Assembly (NCBI GenBank): GCA_028023455.1
Contig: JAQFVV010000006.1
Coordinates: forward strand, 17,546,001-17,610,000
Direction of reading: 5' to 3'
DNA from: Epiperipatus broadwayi
Lineage: Eukaryota > Animalia > Onychophora
Length of the DNA stretch: 64,000 bases
Notes under the pieces: generated by a model
Database searches by the model: none
Told to the model about the DNA's origin: nothing
Seen by the model: only the letters and a program-made list of their open reading frames with translations
Shown here: piece by piece, positions 51,539 through 64,000 of the stretch
Layout: every line of letters starts with the position of its first letter
Position numbering within the stretch: position 1 is the first letter of the stretch
Position numbers and translations under genes: made by a program

Positions 51539-53436
51539 AAGAGAGAAAAAACTCCATGGTTCTAATAGTTTGAATTTGAAAACCTGTGGATTCTAACCTT
51601 GAAATATAACATACGATGCTGTTTAATTAGCTCGAGCCAAAAATTACTCTATTGCTTTTCTTATCTTAAATCCATTCAAGAATTTTGCTACAGGTACATA
51701 ATTGTTTAATCTATTTTATATTTAAAATTACATTTACCCTTGATCTGCAGTCATTTATTAATTACCATCTTTGTATTACCATGCATACCTTTTAACATAT
51801 TTGTGTTTGATACTGCGGTAAAGTTTAAGTAGAATTAGAAAAGTAAATAATAATTGCCACTTGCTCATACCATATGATGTTTGATTCCTATATTAATGGG
51901 ATAATCACAGTAGTTTCACTCAGTTGTTATATATATATATATTACTTTCTTCAGACAGGAATTGATCTGAGGTTCTTACTCTTCAATCTTCTACTCTGCT
52001 AAATAGCACAGACCACTTTTCACAACTATAAAACAAACTGGAAACTTTTTTTTTTCTTTCAAAAAAGCATAATTCTGTCCAAATAGCAATCACGTTTATA
52101 TGTTGTAGAAAAAAGCATTTGATAAATTGTGTTAGATAACAGCGGTAAAATTCTTAAAAGAAAAAATATTCAGTGGGAATTTTTAAAATAAAAAAAAATA
52201 AATGAGAATTTATATGTAGTATAGGAAATTGCTTTCAGAGCCACTAGAAGTTTACAGATGAGATTGAATTATATAGGAGAATCAGGCAAGATGCTGCCTG
52301 TAAATTGTTTACTATATGAGAGGAAATCAAAAAGTAATTTATTTTCAAAATAAATACAATTAAAGAAGTTTCTTTTATGATACGGCTACCAAATAAAAAA
52401 AGTATAAGTTTTTTTTTTTGTGATTTATTTTTTAAAATAAATTGCCTTTATATTATTTTATTTATTTTGTGTAGCGAACTGATTTAACAAGTACTACCTT
52501 GTAGTCACTAAGGTAACTTTGATTTGTGAATGATATGACTGTAGGATATGTTATCAGATGGATTACTGTAAATAATATTGAAAAATATTTTTAGAAAAAT
52601 TCTAAATTTTATTTATGGCACACAAGTTAGTATGGAACAACGTTTTGAGTTGTATCTTTCTTTCTTTGGGTATCACTGGCTTGATTAATAATAATGCTAG
52701 TCCAGGAAATGAACCAGTAACCTTTCAAATTATGAACATTGAATTTAAGGTAACACTTTAAGCAACTATGCAAAATATTCCACTTGGTTAGAGTATTACC
52801 TAAAATTTAATATCGATTACTGCCTCCATCTTTAAACTGCCATTGTTATCAGGCCTGTAATTTCTAAAGAAAAGAAAAATATTACCCTTCAAAATGTTGT
52901 CATCCAGTACTAATACATTATTACTATTGCTGATTGTGTTTTGATAGAATAGTCTTTTTGATTAGAGCATCATTTTAAATTCGATTTTCATGAATCTAAA
53001 GAGCAGTTCAGTTTCTATACTTACTGCTACTGGTCAGACTAGCAATATCTATAAAGTTGAACAAAATACCACTTGAAAACTATATGCTCTGGAATAACCT
53101 GTCTTATCACTAATCAATGAATATTTTTACATTTAATGTAAAATTGGAATTATTCTAAAAACATTTAGTAATTAAACTAGATAGTGGAGTAGTTCAATGT
53201 ACAAGGGAAGGGCTCAAAAATAACCACAATCATTCTCTGGTTTGAGCACCTGTTATAATATATATTTTTGGTGCTTGCAGGAACCCTTCTGCATCAATCT
53301 GCCAAATGTCCACTGTGTCAAATCATGGGTCCACATAGCATATTGTTTTGTAAAATGTATTTTGTGTATTTGTCAATTTTTTTTATAATGGCCAAAATAT
53401 TCAAACAATTTGAAATTCTGTTTTCATTTGCAGAAA

Positions 53437-53780
53437 ATGGCAAGGAAAAAGTTATAATGCTTGAAACAGATTATAAGCAAGCTGATTTTTACAAAATGCA
53501 AATTTATGAGAGGTTTAATCGAAATTCTAAATTTAGCATATCCTTACAAAGCATCGCAAGTGATGTCCAAAGTCAAAATAATGTTGAGTTGTTGTTTTTT
53601 TTAGCACAAGCAACATTTTTTTTCAAATTTAGTTTGCAAGGATTGGGCGTTTTATCTACAAGTTGTGAAACATTTATGTGTTGTGGTAAAATATAAACAT
53701 TTTGTTTTGTGGCAAAGAAAAGAGGGTAAGCGCCACTCCAACAAAGAGTCATCTCTCGAAAGGCTTGAGTGGGAAACACT
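53437..53780 (+). mobile_element. Decayed Tc1-like transposase N-terminus
   Basis: MARKK start and a later frameshifted TKSHL..RLEW segment (cf. LTKxHxxxRLxWAKxH). No TIR identified. Confidence 0.45.
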
Positions 53781-54729
53781 TTTTTAATTAAATTCAGCAT
53801 GACCTAGTTTATCTATCAGTCACATTCACTCGATCTTGCTTTGTGTGATTTTTTTTTAATCTCTCAAATAAAAGAAATCTTTTTTTTTTTGCAGATTTAG
53901 AACTGAGGGTGGGGATGGAGATGTTAAAATGCATCACTTTGTGTTTTCACACTACTTTGAAAAGTGACAAAGGTTTAGACCTATGCATTGCATTAAATAG
54001 ACTATACTTTTTAAAGCAATTTAATATGCAACACTTAAAAATAAATATACTGTTTTTATTACAAGATTCCAGTTATTTTCCCCCATATAATTGCATACAA
54101 AATACTATCATCACAAATCTTTAAACAACCCAATGTTGATGAAGTGTGAGAATAAATAGGAAGAAAATTGGCAAATAGGTTGAAATAATGTAGCAGATCA
54201 GGTTTAAGGAATTTCAAAATGACAATAGCATGATAAGTTCTCAACCTGTAATGGATAGATGAACTAAATGTTGAAGACCATGTGATAAAGTTTGTCACTG
54301 ATGGTAATAATTTGCTGTTGCTTTTCTCCATCTTCTTACAATTTTTTCTACTGTTTTTATCTTTAGAATTATAAATGTAATGAACCCTTGATTGAAATGT
54401 AATTGTGAATCAGATTGATGATGATTAAAATGTGAGAAAATATAAAAATGAGAATAAATAACTAAGCTGCAATGACTGGAAAGTTGTTTATCTGAAGGAT
54501 TATGGAGATGGAGTTTTGCTTGAATTATAACCAATACAGTTGTTGGATGATTTTAGAAAAATTCAAACTTTATTTATACTTTTCCAAATACAATTGATTG
54601 TTAGTCATAACACACAGGTTACTACAGAGCATAATGTTGTGGGTGGTGTTTTCTCATTTTCACGTGTTTCTTGCATGATCCAGTGACAGTACTAACATGA
54701 GGATTGATCCACTAACCTTTAGACTTTCA

Positions 54730-54810
54730 TGCCCTGCATGGTTCGGTGTAATTGGTAGAGCATCTGACTTGGAATCGGGACATTCCAGGATCGATTCTGG
54801 TACTTGAACT
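54730..54810 (+). mobile_element. tRNA-like SINE head (degenerate)
   Basis: GGTGTAATTGGTAGAGCATCTGACTTGGAATC...GGATCGATTCTGG, resembling A and B boxes. Confidence 0.6.
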
Positions 54811-54969
54811 TTTTATGAACTCCCAAGCAATAAAGCCATATGCCTTTTATTATTTCAGTTCATGTTAACGATGTAAGGCTCATTAAGATGTATGATATAG
54901 CTTTAAAAATAGCTTAGTTGGTTAGAATAACACTTTTTTTTTCCAATTTAGTATTCACAAATCTAAAAG

Positions 54970-55167
54970 TTCATATGTATTGCTCATAATAACTCCTCTC
55001 ATATACACTTTAATGCAAAAAAATTTTTTTAATAAAACTTGACAGTTTCGACTATCCAGCAGTCTTCATCAGAGCAAAACTGTCAGGAAAATAAAGAAGT
55101 TTTATTTAAAAAAATGTTTTGCATTAAAGTGTGTATGAGAAGAGTTATTATAAGCAATGTATATGAA
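54970..55167. mobile_element. Fold-back element whose loop is an intact hammerhead catalytic core (minus strand)
   Basis: Arms 54970-55048 and 55077-55167. Minus strand TTTTGCT-CTGATGA-A-GACTG CTGGA TAGTC-GAAAC-T-GTC (55079 to 55041). Confidence 0.88.
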
Positions 55168-58163
55168 GAAATGCAAATAAAGTAAAGGAGAAGAATAAGA
55201 GTATATACTTCTAAATTTAAAAGTTATCAATCAATCTTCATACTGTCATTACTCAGATTAGCAATACTTGAAAAAGAGAATAATACCACATGGAACTTTC
55301 TAGTCTATATTAAGTTGTGTATTATTATGAACAGTTAAGTTTATTTGAATAATTTAAATAAAATTTGAATGATTCTAAAATCATTTAACAATTCCACCTA
55401 AATGATGAAAATAGCTAACATATAACTACAAATGTATTGTGAAATTTTATTATATAGCAAAGACATAGATAATGAAATATATATATATATTGCAATATAG
55501 ATATGGTTAAAAATACGAGAAAATGTTGAGGGGGGGGGATATAAATGAAGGAGAAATGTATAGGAAATTTAAAGTAATAAAAAGAAATTAAAGTGATTAT
55601 AGTATAGAAAAATTATAAAATTGCATTGATAGGAATTTTGAAGCATGACTGGAAAAGAATTAATAGGTAATAAATAATATTAGGAAGAAATGGTTGATCT
55701 TTTGGGAAAAGCAGATATATTATTGGAAACTGTAAAATCTGTATGTGGCTGAATAAAGAATTTTTTTTTTTTCACTGAAAATTATTAGATATCTTTTTTT
55801 AATGTTATCTCAGTAAGTAATGTGAATTAATTTGAATTTTTTTGTTTGTAATTTTACTCCTTGCAGCAGTTATCACAGATTTATTCAAATTTATTTTTAG
55901 CCTTATTTAATATAAACTTATTTGTTTTATTTACCCTTTTTATTTTTATTATGGCTGTCTATTGTAAGCTTAAATAAACAATGGGCCCTGATTACTCAAA
56001 CTTACATTAGTTATCGTTAGAGTAAATAAAACAGATTTGGTCATTTGTTTTTTATTCTTAATCTCCTAATTTTTTTTAACACTACTAGAGTTTAATTTAA
56101 TCTTTTCTTTTCTCTGCTTTTCCATTAATTATATTTTAAAAAATAAAATAAAAAGCTTGCATACTATTTCATCTTTACATTTTTTTACAAATTTCATTAA
56201 AAGCATAAATTCATAAAAATGAAATTAGTTTATAAAATATAAAATATCAACTTTGCAGATTTTTTTTTTTAAAAAAAAAAGAAAGAATAATAGACAAATA
56301 ATAAAACAAAAGACTACATTTAAGTTTTCAGGCTCTCAAAATGTTTTTTAATCTGAATTACTTATGTACATTCACATATACAATATCAAGTATTCCGTTG
56401 GTTTTATGTTGCCCTGTTTCTTTTACTTTTATAATAAATAATAAAAACATCAAATGATATTTTATTATCTAGATATGTATATTTTCTACATTAGAGATCA
56501 TAAACTTGGAATCTGCTTGATTTTAAAAGAGTCTCTGAACAGGTTGCTGCATAATTAAGATTATTATCTGTGGTGGCTTATATGCATGGATCTTTTAAAT
56601 AGTATGAAAGTATTTTGTAAGCTAGAGCAGTATTTCTGAAACTGTTCCATGATCTCGAATGCTGAAGAATGAGTGATTTAAAAAATTGGAAGTTTTTTTT
56701 TTCTTTGTTTGCTATGTAGTTTGTCTCTCTCCATCTCTTTCATGAATCTTGATACAATTTTATCTATAACCTTTAATCTGAGTAAAACATCATACTTGGA
56801 GGTGAGGGGATTAACTTATTTGTATTAAAGTTTAATCTTTATAGCTTTTCAGAATACACCTTTATTTACCTTTATAACATTTATGATGTGTATACTAGCA
56901 AATATGCTGCTGATTTATCTTTTCTGGGAATTTTTCTTGTACTTTCTTATCTTAAGAAATCTGCTTGACTTTCTATATTAATTAAAGACAATTTTAATTT
57001 AATAGCACAGTGCTAAATTGCCAACTTACATTTTTTTTTATTATTTCACAATTTTAAAATGATTGCCTTGTATTATTACAAGAGTCTTGTGGTGAAATGA
57101 TAGCATATCTCTCTCATATCATAAGATCTGGATTTGAGTTCAAGCTAAATAAAGTTGACACCGCCACCCCCGTTTTTATTTTTTGGTTGTTGTCCAATAT
57201 TGATTGGAAAATGATTGTCAGCTATTCATAGATAGAGAATAGAACAACTATAAAGAACTTAACTGTCTTAAAATACTCCTCTCCACTAATAGGAAGCTCT
57301 GGTAAATGGTGCTTTATCCTTCTTGTTCCTTTAAGATGAAACCATTGGAGAAGTTTTTGATATGCTGTAGACCACCTAAAAGGTTTTTCTTCTGTGGGTG
57401 CTAGTAAACAAAGTCTTGAAATGCACTTGTAATGAAGTAGTTTATATTTCTTAGAGTATTAATTATAGCATAAAATATTTCCATTAGTAAATACATTTTC
57501 CTTTTTTTTTTTTAAAGCTTGCTATTTTATTTATTTAATGCAATGTTGTTTTCAAGCCTCGTAGTTAATTAAAGAAATTTCTTTGTATTTTTTTTTTTTT
57601 TTAAGTATGTCTAAATCATTAATATCCTAAATAGAGCCACAATTTTTTTAAGAGTCCTTATATCACATTAGTTTGAGAAACCCTAGACTGTATAAATATT
57701 AAATTATTAAAATTTTGATTTAATGACTATTCTTCTTAAAGTCTTTTAGATATACCGGTACACTTTTAGATATAATATTATTATTATACTTAATGTAACT
57801 AATGTATGAATGTTTGAATCATTTATGGCAAAACAAGAGACATACTAATCAAGATTATGGATTTATTTTGATCCTCATCCTTCAGTCGAAGTCCATTAGT
57901 AGCGTGGGGATGAAAGAAGGGACACAAAATAAAAACCTAACTCTATATATTGATTAGATAAATAGGTAATATATTTTTTTAAAAAAACTATTTTTGCTTT
58001 ATTCTATTGTTAAATCATACTGCTTAATTTTTTGAAAAGATGTTACCAGATATAATCATTAAAAATAAATGAATGATGTCTTCCAATCTGCAAAATATTT
58101 TTCATAATTGGATTCACTGAGTCAGTTGTCTATCTCTCTGAAGGTTTGTAATGATGGTATATT

Positions 58164-58505
58164 ATTAGATGTGATATGTTAGACTATTTTCATCATCTGT
58201 GAGTGACTGTTGAATGTATAGAAAATTTTAAACTTTATTTAAACTTCCCAAATGCAAACAACTTGTTAATAATAACACACAAATATACAACTTCTAAGTG
58301 AATATTTTTACTGTGCATATACCTGAAGAAGAGTGGAGAATAATACTACTCGAAACGTTCTGTAATTACTAACTTGTGTTGTATATTTATGTGTTATTAC
58401 TAACAAGTTGTTTGTATTTGGAAAGTTTAAATAAAGTTTAAAATTTTCTATACATTCAACATTCACTCATAGATGATGGAAATAGTCCAACATATGACAT
58501 CTAGT
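58164..58505. mobile_element. Fold-back element (about 128-bp arms) with a hammerhead in the loop (plus strand)
   Basis: Arms 58164-58291 and 58378-58505. CTGAAGA(58323-58329)-A-GAGTGG AGAATAATA CTACTC-GAAAC-GTTC. Confidence 0.85.
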
Positions 58506-58819
58506 TGTCTATCTCGGTACTATTTACCATTAATTCTAAGAGTGATAATCTTTTCTGTACCTGTTAATATTTAATTTATTTTTTACCACAAGCATTATGA
58601 AAAATAAGACACACCTGGGATAATGTATACTTGCTTGGAAGTTCATTTGCCAATTGCATGAAGAACTGCTCATATTCTATACATGATAGACTATTTGATG
58701 TTTGAATGATTATTAAACTATCCCTCATAGATAGAAGCTGCTAATTTCTGGGAAACGGAAACTTTTAAGAGCTTCTTGGATAGCTGATGAAGAGCTGTGT
58801 TCAAAACAAGTGTATGAAT

Positions 58820-59090
58820 CTTGTACTATCATAATTATAATTCAGAAGATGAATATTATTTAATATCCAGTATCTTTTTTCGCAGTCAGCTTTACTAAAA
58901 GGTATTTCGATGCTTTCACAATTAGTTATTTTGGAGGTAATATAACATTTGAACACACAAAATGACAGATTGTGCTTTGATATAGGATTTTTTAATTATT
59001 GAAATTTGTCACACTACCAAAGTCCTATATAGTTTAGGCAGAATGATAGAGTGGCCATGATCTCTGCAAGAAATGGGGGAGGGGTTGACA
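58820..59090 (+). mobile_element. PLE RT remnant (heavily decayed)
   Basis: SEDEYYLIS (cf. DExLVSFD) and RQNDRVAMIS (cf. QxxGVAMGS). Confidence 0.4.
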
Positions 59091-61251
59091 GAGTTCTACC
59101 TTGGAGATGCTGAATTAGGAGAAACATGCTAAGTGAGACAAACAGAAGAGGAGCTTTATAAACTATTAATCTTTTTTTTTATATTATCCTTCCAATTGTT
59201 TTATCATTTTGTTTTTGTCTTTGTGATTTATCACTATTTATACTTTTATTAACATGTTGATGGTATCATGTATTTATTTTGATACATTTAAAAATAAATT
59301 AATTGCTTTATGATTTAAAGCTCAAATTTTTAAACAATTAAAAATATGGCTTATAGTGGAAATCAATTACTGTGCAGGTGGTCTCTTTGAATTTTGTCAG
59401 TGCATGACTTGCACAGACAGATAAGGCAAAATGAACTTTACATCAGGTACACAGTTTGTTTAGATTTTGGCATAGTTGTCCAATAGCTTCTTTTGAAAGA
59501 GTGTTTTACTGACATTCTTGAATATATGGAATAGACTTATTCTACAAGAATTGGGTTGGTTTATTGTGATGGTCCAACTTCAGTACCTTTTTTACATGAT
59601 CATTGAATGAAGAGTCAGAATTCACCTTACCAATTGACAGATGGGCAGAATTTTATTTTTTAATTCTTAATTATCTCCAATTAAAAAAAAAAGAAATTTA
59701 GATATTCATTTGCTGACCAGTTTTGGGTGATTAATGGAGTTGGTTGTGAATCAATTATTTGAAAAAAAAAATGTTGAGCTTGTTTAAAAAATTGTTCAAG
59801 TTTCCTTAGTTTAGATTCAGTCTTGGATCATAGGCATGGTTCAAAGATGCTTATAATACTGTATAACTTATCTAAAAGAGAGAAAAAAAAAACAAGATAT
59901 ATTCATTTTAAATGGGTGTAATAAATGATAATCATTAATAATGCATTAAAGTGTCAAAGATTTGAATGCAAGAAGTTGGACCTCTTGTAGAGGAAATTAT
60001 AATAACCTATCATTAACATTATTATATATATTATCATATTGTTTGTGTTAGTATTTTTACCATATCTCTTCCTGATTCATACATGCTAAACTTAAAATAA
60101 TGATTTTTGAGTCATATTGTGATGGTAGGGATTTGATCTGTCACTTATAGCTACAGTCCGTTAACTGACTTTCCAGTTACGACATAATAAATGTGCATTA
60201 AAAATTTTAAATAAGAATTAATAAATAAAATGCATGTGTAAGAGTTAATAAAACAATCAAATAGGATATTTAGGTCATTCTCTGTTAAGCAAAAATATCA
60301 ATAGGGGACACTCAGTAATGAGTGATTTGTTTGTTTATTTAGGAGGAAAGAAAACTACAAAATGATCAAATACACAATTATTTTATTAATTTCAAATTAT
60401 GTTATAAAAAAATTGACATAGCAGTGAAAGACAAAATATTTCTAGAGTTAATAATTATTATTTATTTATAAAATGTGAATATGAAGCGGGTAGAAATTAT
60501 AGATTTTGTGAGTATAAATGAGTACATTTGAAATTTATAAGGATTTTTATATAAAATAATTCGGTAAAATGAAAATTTATAATGTTTAAAAAAGGAATTT
60601 AAATTTAAAAGAATGGTGTTACAACTAATGTCATGTTGTTTTTTTCTTAAAAAAAGTTGATTATAATTAGATTGTTAAGTAATTTGGTTAGTCTAATAAA
60701 CAACTTCTGGAGTAAATTTGAAATATACCATAAATTTTGCTTGTGGAAATATACGAATTTGGTATTTTAATTAATTAATAATTTATAAACGTAGGATTAG
60801 TCAACAATGGTTTTGATGTTTGTTTCAATTCTCTTATAAGTTGAGAAAATATAAAAGATGTAGTTTCAAATATTAGAGTCAATCAACATTCCAGCATTTA
60901 GAAGTACACCGGCCTCGTAAATAAACTTAGCAGCCATTCATGTTTCAGATTGCAGTTTAACAAATAGATATTGCGATATAAGATGATCCTCCTAATCCAT
61001 ATAGAAGCTAAATTGGCTTACATAATATCAGCATGGAAGCACTTTACCGTGCAGTAGTATTTACCTGAATGTACAACTATATTTATCAATTGTAGCCAAT
61101 CTTGGGGGATATGTAATCTCCCAAACGTTCCAAAATATTCTATCCAGATTTTGAACCTGCTATCCTTTCTTATGATGTGACCAACTGAATACCTTCAAAA
61201 TCTCCACATGAAATGGTGATATTTTAATATAATCTTATCAGTGGAAAAGAT

Positions 61252-61331
61252 AAATAATCTTAATTAAAGCAAGAAGAAACAAATAATGTCAAAATAATCT
61301 TAATTAAAGCAAGAAGAAACAAATAATGTCA
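61252..61331 (+). repeat. Perfect 40-bp tandem duplication
   Basis: AAATAATCTTAATTAAAGCAAGAAGAAACAAATAATGTCA x2. Confidence 0.95.
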
Positions 61332-61826
61332 CTACAAGGACAGTACTCATTCAAAAACAAGAACCGGAAATTATTTGAAACTTTAAAAACATCATACTGG
61401 GTACATAGAAGGAGTTCAAACAATCTTAAAAAATGTTGTGTGCAAATATCAAAATAGAAACTAAAACTCAAACCTAAATGACTTTCTGGTTTAATTATAT
61501 TTAAAAGTATATGTTTATTTTTACTTTATTATTTATTTATGCAATGTTTAGCATTTTATTAATATTTTAAATATAGTAATAGCTTTTTTTTTTCTCATCA
61601 TCTTGCCTGTTTGTATTTAATGGGATTAAAAGCCTGAAGTTCAAATTCATGAGAAAGTTGAAGAGAAAGGTCAATTTTGCTTACCCATAATTCATTTTGT
61701 GCTATGTTTATATATATTTAAGTGGTATATTAGTATAGCATATCTCAATGATAGTTTTTTTTTGTTTGTTTAACTTTAAAATTAAAATAGTAATATTGGC
61801 ATATACCAGAAAATTTTTTTTAAGTA

Positions 61827-63002
61827 CACCTGGGTCTCATTTTACGTGATAGATAGGTTCCTCAGAAAACACGCGCAAACGAAATCGCGCAAAAATAGAC
61901 GTAACTTACATTGAAAAAGGGGAGTGCGGTCTGTGATTTTTCAAAATTCACGTTAAAGCAAAGCACCAACATAAAATTACTTTAAAATTCATGCAAAAAA
62001 AAAAATAAGGAAATAAAATATGACTAATAAAAAATTTCAAATTTGAAAAAATTGATACAAGACAACCTTTTTTTAACTATAATATTTAATTTTATTCAAA
62101 ATAATATATTTTTATGCATAATTTACAGTACAGTAATTTACATTTTTTTATACACGTTTTAATTATTATCGCTATTTGCTGAAAAACACGTTTGTTTGCA
62201 AACTGGTAAAAAATCAATTCTCACAAGAGGAAATACAACTAGTGCCAAGTTCATTCTCATGTTGTGTTAATGGTTTTCTGTTGACGACGTAATTAGTAAT
62301 TAATCTTTGAGATGATGATTTTATTAATTGTTTATGAACTTAGACTTATGATAATAAAAAGACATTTATTCACCACTGCTGGGAAAAATTTAATTAAAAC
62401 TAACAACTAAAAATTAAATTCTTATTTTTGTCTTTAATTTTTTAATTTTCAATTCCGTTTAAAAATCAAATTTCGTTTTACATCACATTAATTTCAAGTC
62501 GCTGTAAGTAATTTTTAAATTGTTAATTACAATTAAAAATCAGATTTTAATTTTTAATTGTCAAATTTAATTGTGCCCACTGCTATTACTCACCTTTTAA
62601 AAATAAACTTGCGGACACTAAATGATTAATAATTGATTACGTTCTTTTTTAAAAAGCAAAAACAGAATGTGATTTAAAATGCAAAATTAACACACACAAT
62701 GTTTGAACAAATTTACATTATAATCTTGTAAAATTTAATGTGTGTATACATAAAATGTGGAAATCATGATTTTAATTTCATTATTGCATAAAATCTTACT
62801 ATTATAAAGCACTGAAAATATTGAAATTACTAAGATGAAAGTCAAACTCTAATAATGTGCTATTACTTTCAATATAACGTAAGTGCACGAAATTTATTTT
62901 TTAAAATAATAGCGCATTATCAGAGTTCGACTTCCGGTGAAACATGAATCGCGTAACTTCAAAATCGTGTTAAATAAGTCTGCATCAAAAGAGACCCAGG
63001 TG
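61827..63002. mobile_element. pogo/Tigger-like (Tc1/mariner superfamily) non-autonomous element, 1176 bp
   Basis: TIR CACCTGGGTCTC / GAGACCCAGGTG flanked by TA at 61825-61826 and 63003-63004; CpG-rich subterminal regions; no long ORF. Confidence 0.9.
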
Positions 63003-64000
63003 TATTTAGTTTGGGAAAGTGCTGAGTTAAAACCCTATTTTTATTATATTATTTGCTTTAAGATTTAAAGCCTTTGTATTTGTTTAATCTAAATTCTATG
63101 CATTATTTGAAGTATATAATATTATTTGATATGTGTGATAGTTAGTTATCATAGTTTAATAAAGCTAGCATTATGAACATAATATAAATATCCTTGAAGT
63201 ATATTAGTTATGTGGTGTGGTGGTCATAGACCATGGTGATAGTTGATACTCATGATGTTGTCATTAGTAATTACCTGAGTCTGACAGGTAAATTGATGGT
63301 TTAACTTTTCAGAAACTTATAATTGGAGAATGGTGTATTTTTTTTGTTTAGGCATAAGAAACTATAAGTAAGATCATCTGACAAGTGTAATAATCGTTGC
63401 TATTTATCCAGCCTATGCCATATAACTAGTTCTGCACATTAGCTTGTTGAATTGCTTGCAAAGAAATCATTCATCCAATAGATTTTGGATATAATACTAT
63501 TATTTATTAATTTCTCCTGACTATTCCTTATGCACATGACATTTGACAATATAATTTTAATATTTATTTTGCTTTAATCTTTGTATTTAGTTAGTCTTTA
63601 TATCTGTTTTTTTCCTTGTGAACTGTTTATTATATATTTAACTGTAACATAAAATAAACATAACTTTGAACTCAGTACATTTAGAAGTATGATTTAGAAG
63701 TATGATATCCCTCCCTTTAATGCTGAAAATTATTCACATTAAGTCACATTTTATACTTGTTGATTCATCCCAATTAATCTGGGATTAATAACTAAATATC
63801 CAATGGTCAGCCACTGATGGATTGATTGCCTGAAAGAAAAAATTATAAGCCAGCTTGTGACTTAATACAAAATTTTTAATGTTCAGAGCAAGTGGATGCT
63901 CTAACCAATAATTCACAAAGTCATTCACCTATATATAGTTATATCTTTAACCAATTATTAATATGATAATTATCATTTATCGTAAAACTACTTTAATTTA

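Noticed and set aside
53268-53696. 142-aa ORF as a host gene
   Set aside because: Low-complexity F/L-rich translation overlapping a frameshifted Tc1-like remnant.
4618-54534. Most remaining 60-90 aa ORFs in the supplied track
   Set aside because: They have the F/I/L/K-rich composition expected from AT-rich non-coding DNA, often with non-ATG starts and no domain motifs.
58779-58816. CTGATGA-A-GAGC TGT GTTC-AAAAC as a hammerhead
   Set aside because: No valid NUH triplet or stem I, and it abuts apparent decayed PLE RT coding sequence, so it may be coincidental.
1-64000. CRISPR arrays, rRNA or bona fide tRNA genes
   Set aside because: No repeat-spacer arrays or rRNA-like sequence were seen; tRNA-like segments lack complete cloverleaves and have SINE tails or TSDs.

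Overview
Very AT-rich eukaryotic DNA (by eye about 70% AT), probably from an arthropod such as an arachnid; the taxon is an inference from the SINE and transposon repertoire. The window is almost entirely non-coding and full of decayed transposons: Penelope-like element (PLE) GIY-YIG and RT fragments, RTE, CR1/L2 and Tx1/L1 LINE fragments, tRNA-derived SINEs with TSDs, a hAT MITE and a pogo/Tigger-like MITE with clean TIRs and TSDs, and two LTR-like remnants. No complete gene is visible. The best host-gene signal is a CpG-retaining promoter-like region at about 36.3-36.7 kb with a putative first coding exon on the minus strand. The main result is about 15 minimal type-I hammerhead ribozyme motifs (CUGANGA - stem II - GAAA - short palindromic stem III - NUH) from at least 5 sequence families. 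Most lie in the loop or arms of short (170-340 bp) non-coding fold-back elements; others lie directly 3' of decayed PLE endonuclease sequence. No copy is fully intact, but copies within a family complement each other to give canonical consensus ribozymes. All coordinates and alignments were read by eye and not computed.
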